IMG/VR virus record: IMGVR_UViG_3300005613_000065
Coordinates: 1-62,467 of that record
Reading direction: 5' to 3' (one strand)
DNA length: 62,467 bases
From: a virus
Lineage: Duplodnaviria > Caudoviricetes
Made by a program: the position numbers and the translations under genes. This document shows, in pieces, positions 43,901 to 53,379 of this stretch; the first letter of the stretch is position 1; each line of letters opens with the position of its first letter. The notes under the pieces are model-generated. The model made no database searches and was not told where the DNA came from. It saw only the letters and a list, made by a program, of their open reading frames with translations.

Positions 43901-46900
43901 CGGGAAAGAAATATCAACTGTAGATGGACATAGAAATACCGATTTAATTGATGCAAGACCAAGAGTTGTTGATTATCAAGTAGTTGAGGGTACAAGATCT
44001 CCTTTTGAGTTTGATGGTAGAAGTTTTGCCGATTCTTCAGATGGTAATCAACAAAGTTCAAAACATATTATTGCATCTGATGAATCAATATCACTTGGAT
44101 ATCAATATTATCTTCCTAGAGCTGATAGAATCTATATTGACAAAGACGGTTCATTTAGTATTGTATACGGTACTCCAGATGATCAACCAAGACTCCCTGA
44201 TAGTATCAGTGGGTCAATGAATATTGCAAATGTATTCTTACCTGCATATTTGTATAATACTTCGGATGCAAAAATAAATTTTGTAGAGCATAAACGATAT
44301 CAGATGACTGATATTGCAAAACTTGAGCAAAGAATTAAAAATCTTGAGTACTATACCTCTTTAAATCAACTTGAACAGAATACTTTAAATCTTTTCGTTG
44401 AGGATGCTGATGGAAATAACAGATTTAAGTCTGGTATTTTTGTGGATAATTTTACAAGTCTTGAACCTCAGGATACTACAATTGGTATCAGAAATAGTGT
44501 AGATACAAGAAATGGTATTTTAAGACCTTCTCACTATACAACAGCATTAAATCTTCAACTTGGGACAACAGCAATTAGTGGAATTGGAACAACTTCTAAT
44601 TCTAATCAAGATTCTCAATTTGTTCCAGTTGTTGGATCAAATGTAAGAAAAACTGGTAGAGTTTTAACACTTGATTATGTTGATGAAGTATGGTTAAATC
44701 AACCTTATGCAACAAGAATTGAAAATGTAACTCCGTTTTTGGTTCAATTCTGGGAAGGTAACATCAAGTTAACTCCAGAAGTCGATGTTTGGATTGATGT
44801 TAATAGATTAGAACTTAATAATGTGATGATGGAAGGATCTTTTCAAGGAGTTGCTCAAGCACTAGGTGCTGAAGTATCTACTACAGAGGACGGATCAAGG
44901 GTTGGAGTAAGTCCCGTAATTTGGAATTCTTGGGAAACTGTAGGAGTAAATGTAGATTTATCTTTATCAAATCAACAAGAATTTTTACAAGGAGCTTCAG
45001 ACACAATATCAAATGGTGTAGTTGATAATCTTTTACGTGGTGCTGATATCGGTATTAATCAAATTGTTGATGCAAGTGATTCAATTGTTAATAATATTAC
45101 TGCAACAGGAGGTACAACTCTAGATCAACAAAGAACAGGTACTCAATTCAATGTAAATGAAGTTATTGAAACTGAATCTTTAGGAGATAGAGTTGTTAGA
45201 AGAGATATTATCAACTTTATGAGATCTCGTAATATTGAAGTTACTGCTACAAGATTTAAACCATTTACTAGAGTATATTCATTCTTTGATGAAGTTGATG
45301 TAAATAAATTTGTTACACCTAAATTAATTGAAATACAAATGATTCACGGATCATTTATTGTAGGTGAAAATATTAGAGGTAGAATGAATAATGGTGGGTC
45401 TCAAAATACAAGTTCAGCAGCAGTTCCATCAATAGATTTTAGAGTTGCAAATCTTAATCATAAGTATGGTCCATACAATAATCCTACAGATTTTTATGAC
45501 AGTAATCCTTACAACAGAGATACAAATATAGCATCAGTATATTCAGAGTCTTCATCATTACTTAATGTAGATACTTTTAGTCTTTCTTCTGAAGATTTTC
45601 CACAGTATAGTGGATATATTTCTACAGGAATGATTTTGACTGGTAGTAGTAGTGGTGCTCAAGCAAGAGTTATTAATGTCAGATTAATTACTGATAGAGT
45701 TGGTACTCTACAGGCATGTTTTAGAGTTCCTGATGGCTCAAATACATCTAACCCAGTATTTGAAACGGGAAGATCTAGATTTAGATTAACCAATAGTTCA
45801 ATTAATAGTACAATTGTTGGTTCTACAACTACAGCAGGTGAAACAACATTTTATTCTCAAGGTGATGTTGATACAACTCAAGAACGAACTCTTTCTGTCA
45901 GAAATGCTGTTGTTTCAAGAAGAGACGTAAGTCAAACTAGACAAATTGGTGATACCGTAACATCAAATAGTGTTTCTATTGAAAGTGGATTTGATGTTGT
46001 AACTAATATTGAACAAGATATTACAAACATTACTCAAGAATTCATCACAAATGAATTCATCACAAATGAATTTATTACCAATGAATTTGTTACTAATGTA
46101 ACTGAGGTAACAGAAGTAACTAACGTAAGGAATGTAACAGAAGTAACAAACGTTACAAACGTTACAAATATAACCCAAGTTAATCAAGATGATAGAAGAG
46201 ATCCTCTTGCACAAACATTTTATGTTGATTATCAAACTGGGGTGTTTGTAACAAAAGTAAATATCTATTTCCAATCAAAGGATGAGAATATTCCAGTTCT
46301 TTTTGAATTAAGAGAAGTAAATCTTGGTACTCCAACTGAGAAGGTTCTTCCTTTTTCTAGAGTAAGTATTGATCCAAAAAATATTACTGTAAGTGAGGAT
46401 GGTTCTTTAGCTACAACTGTGAATTTAGAATCTCCTGTATATCTAAATGGGAATACAGAATATGCAATAGTACTTCTTTCTCAGTCTACAGAATATAGAG
46501 TGTGGATTAGTAGACTTGGGGAGGCAGACGTGAGATCATCGCAACAAGAAGCAGGACAAATACTTGTCACTGAACAACCTCTTCTTGGTTCCCTGTTTAA
46601 GTCTCAAAATGCGTCTGTTTGGACTCCAAGTCAGTATGAAGATCTTAAGTTTGATATTTTAATTGCAAACTTCAAACAAACTGGAGCAGTACAATTCTTT
46701 AATCCAGATCTTCCAAGCTCTCTTGCTAAAATTGATCCAAATGGCATTTCTATAAATTCAAGAAAAATAACAATCGGAATTGGTACTACTGTACAAGATG
46801 TCGGATTGGTAGTTGGTAATACTGTTAAACAATTGAGTAATGGTGCCAATGGAACACTTGTAGCATTTGCTGGTTCTGTAACATCTGATTTGACAATTAC

Positions 46901-48677
46901 AAATGCTGGAGTTGGTTACACACCATCATCCTCAAACTTGACATATACTGGTATTGCGTTAACTTCGGTTACTGGAAATGGTATTAATGCTACTGCTGAT
47001 ATTACGATTTCAAGTGGAGTAGCCGTTGCTGCTACAGTAAGAAGTGGAGGAAGTGGGTATTCTATTGGTGATGTTCTTACACCAATTTCTATTGGTTCAG
47101 AAAATCTTGGTTCTGGAATGCAACTTTCAGTAAATCAAATACTTGGTAATAATACTTTAGTACTAGAAAATGTTCAGGGTAACTTTACCACAAATTCTAG
47201 TTATCCACTTTATTATGAAAATACCTCTGGTATCACTACAGAATTAAATTATTCAGTTGGAGGTGATGTAGTTGTATTGTCACCAATAACAGTTAATAAT
47301 CCTGGAAATTATATTAAAGTATTCCAGAGAAATCACGGAATGTATTCTAATGTGAATCGTGTATCAATTAGAGATATAAGAAGTGATATAGTCCCATATA
47401 CTCTTGCTCAAGAATATACTTTTGATTCAACGTCATTTATTACTATTGATGGTTTAGTAACTGAATTTGAAACATTTGAAAACATTGGAGTAGGTGGAAC
47501 AAATCCAGGTTATATAAAAATTGGTGAGGAAATTATTAGTTACACTGGGACAAGTGGAAGAGCATTAACAGGAATTGTAAGAGGAATTGATAATACCGTA
47601 ATTTCCACACATGTTCAGGGAGAATTAGTATACAAATATGAACTTGATGGTGTTTCTTTGAGAAGAATCAATAGAGATCATCAGTTAGCTGATGTGGTAG
47701 ATAGTGAATTAAGTGAGAATCCAATAGGTCTTGATTACTATTACTTAAAAATTTCCATGAGTTCAAATGGAGCAAATAGAGCTCCAGGTAATTCTGAAGG
47801 ATTCCCTCCATTATACTTTAATATTAAGACAGTTGCTGGTGGACCTGACGTTACTGGTACATATAATTTACCATATTCATTAATTACTCCAAAAGTAACA
47901 ACTATTACTCCATTAGGTACAAACCTAATTTCTCAGGTTAGAACAATATCTGCCACTAGTATTTCTGGAAATCAACAATCATTTGTAGATGAAGGTTATA
48001 AACAAATAACACTTTTTGATAAAAACTACTTTGAAACTCAAAGAATGGTTGCTTCTCCTCTTAATGAGTCCGTTTTACTTGATTCTCAAACATATCCAGG
48101 TCAAAAGTCATTTACAATGTTGTTTAGTTTAATATCCACTAACACTAGATTGAGTCCTGTTATTGACTTGGACAATGCTTCAGTTGTTTTTACTTCAAAT
48201 CGTGTAAATAATCCAATTACAAATTATGCGACTGATTTTAGAGTTAATAGTGTAGATCAAGATCCTAATAGGTTCATCTATGTTTCTAAAAATGTCATTC
48301 TTGAAAATCCTGCAACTTCTTTACAGGTTATTTTAGATGCATATGTATCAAATTATAATGATATAAGAGTGTTTTATGCATTAAATCAAGACACAAAACC
48401 TGAAGAGACTATTTTTATTCCATTCCCAGGTTATTCAAATGTTGGTTCTAATGGTTCTGTATTAAACATATCCAATAATAATGGAACATCAGATAAAAAA
48501 GTACCTAAAATTGACTCATATCAACCAGAACCTTCCGTAAATCTTTATAAAGAATACAAATTCACGATTGATGATGTTGTTTCTTTTAATTCATTTAGAA
48601 TTAAAGTCGTTGGTACGTCTACAGATCAATCAAATCCACCATTAATTAGAAATCTAAGAGTATTATCTTTTGCATAA
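40914..48677 (+). CDS. VrlC-like virion structural protein (DUF4815-type)
   Basis: MPQETNLNVAPYFDDF...VQARELT.LQSILQNQI, APGADRLKI, RDPLAQTF. Confidence 0.85.
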   Translation: MPQETNLNVAPYFDDFDPQQNYYKVLFKPGFPVQARELTGLQSILQNQIEDMGSHFFKEGAKVIPGDLTYIQNFYCIQIEPEFLGVPVGIYLDQLVGTLITGQTSGVTAKVVTYITNEESERGVYTLYLNYENSSSNDDEISTFLSGEILLTNTNITYASTFISSGEGFATTIPQNAPAIGSSFNISQGIYFLRGYFVDVTTQTLILDQYSNNPSYRVGLDVIEEIISSDVDPSLNDNARGFNNFTAPGADRLKITPILSKKPVGSFDEANFVQLAEVNNGTLRAVNTNTDYNFIGDEFARRTYDESGHYYVKEFVTTVKNSLNDGEGNRGLFTKDQVTSQGNTPSDSLGIYKISPGKAYVKGYEVETISPTLLDFKKPRTVKNIKNQAVNFGFGPTLSVNRVYGSPTIGINTTNTLSLRSKRVGSDQEVAPGKEVGIARIYDFALESGSYDTNFPNLNVWDLSLFDVQTYTDISLNEPVTLNTSVYIKGEYSGATGYLKSSVSAGTALTAYGVNGDFFRGERLIFNGVLDDSRFVTGSKNYSISDVKSVFGIVGSATTFTADTIQSPTYNIGNASVSPQVANSSRISIPVNPGFSFVGIVTVGNLVRFSRSSLDTTTFARVTGVGRTNFTVTGITTVSGVVDGGLPSTTESISNLQVISTRIQSNVGSGNITSNESLYSAFPKKNIASVNLTNSELVIRRQFTTNITNGSTPAISASDNEVFLPFDEERYTLIRSDGTTEVLTEDKFSLTNGSTTLQINGLGSNDTNSKLITTLRKSNIKSKVKLKSVSNSIIIDKSNISASGIGSTTLNDGLIYGNYPFGTRVQDEIISLNTPDVIKIYGIFESNDITDPVCPSMTTSQMDGITKTTNDLIVGETLTGQVSGAKAVYLEKIDDGGINYVYLNNVTFQNGEIVSFEKSNVNAIVADVSLGSKNITKNFKFSNGQKGGFYDYSRILRKGSVGIPSRKLRVYYSTANYSTSDEGDITTTNSYVNFNYGKEISTVDGHRNTDLIDARPRVVDYQVVEGTRSPFEFDGRSFADSSDGNQQSSKHIIASDESISLGYQYYLPRADRIYIDKDGSFSIVYGTPDDQPRLPDSISGSMNIANVFLPAYLYNTSDAKINFVEHKRYQMTDIAKLEQRIKNLEYYTSLNQLEQNTLNLFVEDADGNNRFKSGIFVDNFTSLEPQDTTIGIRNSVDTRNGILRPSHYTTALNLQLGTTAISGIGTTSNSNQDSQFVPVVGSNVRKTGRVLTLDYVDEVWLNQPYATRIENVTPFLVQFWEGNIKLTPEVDVWIDVNRLELNNVMMEGSFQGVAQALGAEVSTTEDGSRVGVSPVIWNSWETVGVNVDLSLSNQQEFLQGASDTISNGVVDNLLRGADIGINQIVDASDSIVNNITATGGTTLDQQRTGTQFNVNEVIETESLGDRVVRRDIINFMRSRNIEVTATRFKPFTRVYSFFDEVDVNKFVTPKLIEIQMIHGSFIVGENIRGRMNNGGSQNTSSAAVPSIDFRVANLNHKYGPYNNPTDFYDSNPYNRDTNIASVYSESSSLLNVDTFSLSSEDFPQYSGYISTGMILTGSSSGAQARVINVRLITDRVGTLQACFRVPDGSNTSNPVFETGRSRFRLTNSSINSTIVGSTTTAGETTFYSQGDVDTTQERTLSVRNAVVSRRDVSQTRQIGDTVTSNSVSIESGFDVVTNIEQDITNITQEFITNEFITNEFITNEFVTNVTEVTEVTNVRNVTEVTNVTNVTNITQVNQDDRRDPLAQTFYVDYQTGVFVTKVNIYFQSKDENIPVLFELREVNLGTPTEKVLPFSRVSIDPKNITVSEDGSLATTVNLESPVYLNGNTEYAIVLLSQSTEYRVWISRLGEADVRSSQQEAGQILVTEQPLLGSLFKSQNASVWTPSQYEDLKFDILIANFKQTGAVQFFNPDLPSSLAKIDPNGISINSRKITIGIGTTVQDVGLVVGNTVKQLSNGANGTLVAFAGSVTSDLTITNAGVGYTPSSSNLTYTGIALTSVTGNGINATADITISSGVAVAATVRSGGSGYSIGDVLTPISIGSENLGSGMQLSVNQILGNNTLVLENVQGNFTTNSSYPLYYENTSGITTELNYSVGGDVVVLSPITVNNPGNYIKVFQRNHGMYSNVNRVSIRDIRSDIVPYTLAQEYTFDSTSFITIDGLVTEFETFENIGVGGTNPGYIKIGEEIISYTGTSGRALTGIVRGIDNTVISTHVQGELVYKYELDGVSLRRINRDHQLADVVDSELSENPIGLDYYYLKISMSSNGANRAPGNSEGFPPLYFNIKTVAGGPDVTGTYNLPYSLITPKVTTITPLGTNLISQVRTISATSISGNQQSFVDEGYKQITLFDKNYFETQRMVASPLNESVLLDSQTYPGQKSFTMLFSLISTNTRLSPVIDLDNASVVFTSNRVNNPITNYATDFRVNSVDQDPNRFIYVSKNVILENPATSLQVILDAYVSNYNDIRVFYALNQDTKPEETIFIPFPGYSNVGSNGSVLNISNNNGTSDKKVPKIDSYQPEPSVNLYKEYKFTIDDVVSFNSFRIKVVGTSTDQSNPPLIRNLRVLSFA
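46038..46175 (+). repeat. coding tandem repeats (EFITN x4, then TEV/TNV)
   Basis: GAATTCATCACAAAT at 46038 and 46053, variants at 46068 and 46083, then 9-nt units. Confidence 0.85.
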
Positions 48678-48678
48678 A

Positions 48679-48921
48679 ATGAATAATTATATTCCAGTTG
48701 AAGGAATGGACGGTCATTTTAGAGATAGAAGGACTGGTGCCATTATCAATAAAAATAACCAAGAATATCGATCATATGTAAAAAAGAGAGAAAAGTTATC
48801 TGAAGAGAGGAAGAAAATAAACTCTCTTCAGGGTGAAGTCTCTTCACTAAAAAATGATGTGGATGATATTAAATCTATGTTAGTTGGGATTACGGACTTA
48901 TTAAAGCAAGACCATAAATAG
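48679..48921 (+). CDS. conserved hypothetical protein upstream of gp13
   Basis: VEG....RD..TGAIIN, coiled coil; synteny. Confidence 0.8.
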   Translation: MNNYIPVEGMDGHFRDRRTGAIINKNNQEYRSYVKKREKLSEERKKINSLQGEVSSLKNDVDDIKSMLVGITDLLKQDHK

Positions 48922-48946
48922 AGGTATAGATAGGATCTTAATATAA

Positions 48947-49810
48947 ATGGCTCAGCCAACTACACGTCAAGAACTTATTGACTATTGTTTAAGGCAATTG
49001 GGAGCTCCTGTATTGGAGATAAACGTTGCTGAAGAACAAATACAAGATCTTGTTGATGATGCCATTCAGTTTTTTCAAGAAAGACATTTTGATGGTGTAG
49101 CACAAGTATATCTTAAGTATAAAGTGACACAGGAAGATGTTGATAGAGGAAAGGCAAGACCACCTGGAGCTCCCTCTGCAGGAGGATCTGTTGGTATTGC
49201 ATCAACATCGGTAACTACAAATATTGTAGGTAATTCCACCACATTCACTTATTACGAAAATAGTAATTATTTACAAATACCTCCTTCAATTATAGGTATT
49301 AATAAAGTATTTCAATATGATGATGCTCAATCTGTGAGTAGTGCTAATATGTTCAGTTTTAAATATCAATTGTTTTTGAATGATATCTATTATTGGGGAA
49401 ATACAGATATATTGTCATATTCAATGGCAATGAGTTATCTGGAAACTCTTAATTTTCTTCTTAATACGCACAAACAAATTAGATTTAATCAAAGACAAGA
49501 TCGAATGTATCTTGATGTTGATTGGAGTCAACTAAGAGTTGGAGAATTTTTAATTATTGATTGTTGGAGAGCAATGGATCCAAATGATTACCCAAGAGTG
49601 TGGAACGATTCTTTTCTTAAACCTTATTTAACTGCTTTGATTAAAAGACAATGGGGACAAAATCTTATTAAATTTCAAGGAGTAAAACTTCCAGGTGGGA
49701 TTGAGTTTAATGGAAGACAACTTTATGATGATGCACAAACAGAACTTGATAAGATTCAGGAGAGAATGTTAAGTACATATGAAATTCCACCTCTTGATCT
49801 TATCGGGTGA
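48947..49810 (+). CDS. g13: neck protein gp13
   Basis: YCLRQLGAPVLEINV, KRQWGQNLIKFQGVKLPGG; CATAAATA 48913-48920. Confidence 0.95.
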   Translation: MAQPTTRQELIDYCLRQLGAPVLEINVAEEQIQDLVDDAIQFFQERHFDGVAQVYLKYKVTQEDVDRGKARPPGAPSAGGSVGIASTSVTTNIVGNSTTFTYYENSNYLQIPPSIIGINKVFQYDDAQSVSSANMFSFKYQLFLNDIYYWGNTDILSYSMAMSYLETLNFLLNTHKQIRFNQRQDRMYLDVDWSQLRVGEFLIIDCWRAMDPNDYPRVWNDSFLKPYLTALIKRQWGQNLIKFQGVKLPGGIEFNGRQLYDDAQTELDKIQERMLSTYEIPPLDLIG

Positions 49811-49816
49811 CATGTT

Positions 49817-51208
49817 ATGCTCAATCCATTTTTTCTTAACGGTAGTAAAACTGAACAAAATTTAATCCAAAGTCTTGTCAACGAACAGTTGATGATGTAT
49901 GGAGTAGAAGTATACTACTTACCAAGAAGATATGTTACTACTAATACTGTTATAAAAGAAGTTATACAATCAAATTTTTCGAATGCATATCCAATTGAAG
50001 CTTATGTAGATAATTATGAGGGGTATGTAGGTCAAGGGACATTATTATCAAAATTTGGAATTGAGAATAGAGATGATCTTCAATTAATAATTTCAAAAGA
50101 AAGGTTTGAATCTTATATTTCACCACTAATTAGAGATCTTCCTGATATACAACTTTCTACAAGACCAAAAGAGGGGGATTTAATTTATTTTCCTCTTGGT
50201 GATAGATTATTTGAAATTAAATTTGTAGAACATGAGCAACCTTTCTATCAGCTTAGACAAACATATGTTTATGAATTAAAATGCGAACTCTTTAGATATG
50301 AAGATGAAGTCATTAATACTGGGGTTGATGAGATTGATGATGAAATAGAACAAATTGGTTATATACAAACACTTTCTTTAATTGGAGTGGGCAGAACAGC
50401 TGTAGGAATAGCAAGTATTTGTTCTTCTGGAGCAGTAAATAGAATTTATCTATCAAATATGGGTAAAAACTATTCTAGTACTCCTACAGTAGGATTTTCT
50501 TCTGCGCCAATTGGTAATATTACAGCAACTGGAATAGCTTCTGTTACTTATGAATATCCAGGTTGTGTTGGAGTTACTGGTAGAGTATCTACTATTAATA
50601 TTATTAATGCTGGTTGTGGATATACAGTAACTCCATGGATTACTGTACAAGGTGGTGGTGGAAGTGGATTTGCAGCAACTACAGGTATTTCGACAAATGG
50701 TTCAATTCAATCAATAACTGTTATTGATGGTGGTTCTGGTTATACTAGACCCCCAAGTGTTTCCATTGCCGGGACATCATCAAGACAGGCAGTTGGTGTT
50801 GCAACAATTAATTCTACTGGTGTCGTTACAGCAATTTACATTTTAGATGGTGGAGATGGTTATGACATAGAACCAGTTGTAACCATCTCCCCTCCAACAG
50901 TATCAGATCCTTCTGTTTCTATTGGGGGGACTTTCATTTTTAATGAAATTGTGACAGGATCAACAACTGAAACTCAAGCAAGAGTAAAAGAATGGAATGG
51001 AGTTACTAATACTATGGAGATTGGAGTAATTTCTGGTAACTTTATATCAGGAGAATATGTAATAGGTTCTGAATCTGGAGCAAAATATGTAATTGGAGAT
51101 GTAAATATAAATGATATTGTATCACCATATACTGATAATGATACAATAGAAATTGAAGCGGATCAAATTATAGATTTTTCACAAACTAATCCATTTGGTA
51201 TGCCTTGA
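49817..51208 (+). CDS. g14: neck protein gp14
   Basis: MLNPFF...YYLPR, RPKEGDLIYFP, FEIKFVEHEQPFYQL, NPFG. Confidence 0.95.
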   Translation: MLNPFFLNGSKTEQNLIQSLVNEQLMMYGVEVYYLPRRYVTTNTVIKEVIQSNFSNAYPIEAYVDNYEGYVGQGTLLSKFGIENRDDLQLIISKERFESYISPLIRDLPDIQLSTRPKEGDLIYFPLGDRLFEIKFVEHEQPFYQLRQTYVYELKCELFRYEDEVINTGVDEIDDEIEQIGYIQTLSLIGVGRTAVGIASICSSGAVNRIYLSNMGKNYSSTPTVGFSSAPIGNITATGIASVTYEYPGCVGVTGRVSTINIINAGCGYTVTPWITVQGGGGSGFAATTGISTNGSIQSITVIDGGSGYTRPPSVSIAGTSSRQAVGVATINSTGVVTAIYILDGGDGYDIEPVVTISPPTVSDPSVSIGGTFIFNEIVTGSTTETQARVKEWNGVTNTMEIGVISGNFISGEYVIGSESGAKYVIGDVNINDIVSPYTDNDTIEIEADQIIDFSQTNPFGMP

Positions 51209-51247
51209 TTATAATTCTGTTAAATAGAAGTATATGTCTTTAAAATA

Positions 51248-52246
51248 ATGTTTGAGTATTTTTACAACGAGATTTTCAGATCTGTTATTATTGGATTTGG
51301 TTCCCTTTTTAATGGTATACAGATTAGGAAAAAAGATTCTGATGATAACACTTTTAGTATCATCGAAGTTCCTCTTGCATATGGACCTACTCAAAAATTT
51401 CTTGCAAGATTACAGCAAAATCCTGATTTAAATCATCCCACTCAAATGACTCTTCCTAGAATGTCATTTGAGTTTATAGATCTGACTTATGATCCTACAA
51501 GAAAATCTACTCAAACACAACAATTAGTATTGACAAATCAAGACGGTACTGAAGAAAGAAAAACATATTTACCTGTTCCATATAACATGACATTTACTCT
51601 TTCAATTTATACAAAATTGAATGATGATATGTTACAAATTATGGAACAAATAGTTCCATACTTTCAACCAGCATATACACTTCCTGTGAAATTTTTAGGA
51701 CAATTTCAGGAAACAATGAATGTTCCTATTCAACTTGATAATATTCAAATGAGTGATGAATATGAAGGAAATTTTGATACCAGAAGGGCTTTACTATATA
51801 CTCTAACATTTACAGCAAAAACATTTGTCTTTGGTCCTCTTAGAGATATATCTAAAGATATTGTTAAGAAAGTTACTGTTGGTTATATTGCTGGAAGTAA
51901 ATCTGGGAGCTATCAAAGAGATCTTACTTATCAAGTTACTCCTAGAGCAACTAAAGATTATGATGGTGTTGTTGCGACGCTTCTTTCAGAGAATGTTGAT
52001 ATGGTAGAAAATATAATTGAAGTTGATGATTCTACTTCAATTTCACCAAAGACCTACATTTACATTGATCAGGAAGAAATGTATGTTGAATCCATAAGTG
52101 GAAATAAACTTGTTGTAAAGAGAGCACAAGATAATACCACTTTACAAAATCATGTTCTTGGATCTAAAGTTTATACTATTACTCAAACAGATAATAATTC
52201 AATAGAATTAGGAGACGATTTTGGATTTGATGGAACTGTTTTTTGA
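51248..52246 (+). CDS. g15: tail sheath stabiliser/terminator gp15
   Basis: FGSLFN, VPLAYGPTQKFLARL, LPRMSFE, PYFQP. Confidence 0.95.
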   Translation: MFEYFYNEIFRSVIIGFGSLFNGIQIRKKDSDDNTFSIIEVPLAYGPTQKFLARLQQNPDLNHPTQMTLPRMSFEFIDLTYDPTRKSTQTQQLVLTNQDGTEERKTYLPVPYNMTFTLSIYTKLNDDMLQIMEQIVPYFQPAYTLPVKFLGQFQETMNVPIQLDNIQMSDEYEGNFDTRRALLYTLTFTAKTFVFGPLRDISKDIVKKVTVGYIAGSKSGSYQRDLTYQVTPRATKDYDGVVATLLSENVDMVENIIEVDDSTSISPKTYIYIDQEEMYVESISGNKLVVKRAQDNTTLQNHVLGSKVYTITQTDNNSIELGDDFGFDGTVF

Positions 52247-52255
52247 GGTTAAGGT

Positions 52256-52693
52256 ATGGATAAGTATGATAAACTCAACCAAACATTCGATGTAGATCCG
52301 ATTGAAGTAAAAGAAGAGAAAACAACTGAAATAGAAAAAGTTGAAGATCAAATAGAAAAATTTAAAAATTACACGGAAGATATTCGTAAAGATTATGAAT
52401 ATACTAGGGGTAATTTATATTCTATTATTGAAAAAGGTCAAGAAGCTATTAATGGTATTTTAGAACTTGCTCAAGAAAGTGAAATGCCTAGAGCATATGA
52501 AGTAGCCGGTCAATTAATTAAAAATGTATCTGATGCAACAGATAAATTAATGGATCTTCAGAAAAAACTTAAGAATATTAATAAAGAAGAAGATAAAAAA
52601 GGTCCAACTACAGTTAATAATGCACTTTTTGTTGGTTCTACAGCAGATTTACAAAAAATGTTGAAGAATGTAAGTAAAGATATAAATACTTAA
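52256..52693 (+). CDS. g16: terminase small subunit gp16
   Basis: DYEYTRGNL, PRAYEVAGQL, NNALFVGSTADLQKML. Confidence 0.95.
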   Translation: MDKYDKLNQTFDVDPIEVKEEKTTEIEKVEDQIEKFKNYTEDIRKDYEYTRGNLYSIIEKGQEAINGILELAQESEMPRAYEVAGQLIKNVSDATDKLMDLQKKLKNINKEEDKKGPTTVNNALFVGSTADLQKMLKNVSKDINT

Positions 52694-52702
52694 AAAAATA
52701 AA

Positions 52703-53038
52703 ATGACCGCTAAATCAGTAAATATACAAATTGATAGGGGTACAGATTTTTCTCATAGTTTTGTTATGAAAAATACAGATCAAACTATTATTGATTTAAC
52801 TGGATATACTGCTGTATCAAAAATTAGAAAATATCCTGATGATTCTCTTAGTGTTCAAAGTTTCAATGTAGGTATCTCTTCAACTACAGGAACTATTACT
52901 CTTTCAATGGGTTCTACTTTGACAAGTATTTTAGAGTCTGGAAGAAATTATTATGATATTTTAGTCATTACTACATCAAATTTAACTTCAAAGGTTTTTG
53001 AGGGGACTGTTATGGTAAACACAACTATATCTGTATAA
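52703..53038 (+). CDS. small virion-associated protein
   Basis: I.IDRGTDF...DLTGYT..S.IRK...GRNYYD; TATAAATA 52681-52688. Confidence 0.75.
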   Translation: MTAKSVNIQIDRGTDFSHSFVMKNTDQTIIDLTGYTAVSKIRKYPDDSLSVQSFNVGISSTTGTITLSMGSTLTSILESGRNYYDILVITTSNLTSKVFEGTVMVNTTISV

Positions 53039-53039
53039 A

Positions 53040-53345
53040 ATGGATAATTTAGGGGATTTTTTCTCTATTGTTAAAGAGGAAAAGAAAAAAGAAGAAGAAA
53101 AAAAGAAAGAATTGATAGGAGAAGTGTCTCTTGGAGACTTCTTCACGGTTTTAAATGAAGAAAAAAAGAGATCGAGAGAAATTGAGGAGGAAAAAGAAGA
53201 AAAAGTTAATGAATTGTTGAAAGATGTAAAAATTTTTGAGTCTTTTTTGTTTTCAGAGAATACAAATATTGAAAATAAATCTTTTTGGTATGGTCTTGTT
53301 CCTAATGAAAACGCCGTTATTGCAAATTCTGTTACTATTACATAA
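53040..53345 (+). CDS. hypothetical E/K-rich protein
   Basis: ORF track; LGDFF occurs twice. Confidence 0.65.
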   Translation: MDNLGDFFSIVKEEKKKEEEKKKELIGEVSLGDFFTVLNEEKKRSREIEEEKEEKVNELLKDVKIFESFLFSENTNIENKSFWYGLVPNENAVIANSVTIT

Positions 53346-53379
53346 TAAATAAATATAAAAGAAGGTTTTTTCCATCAAA

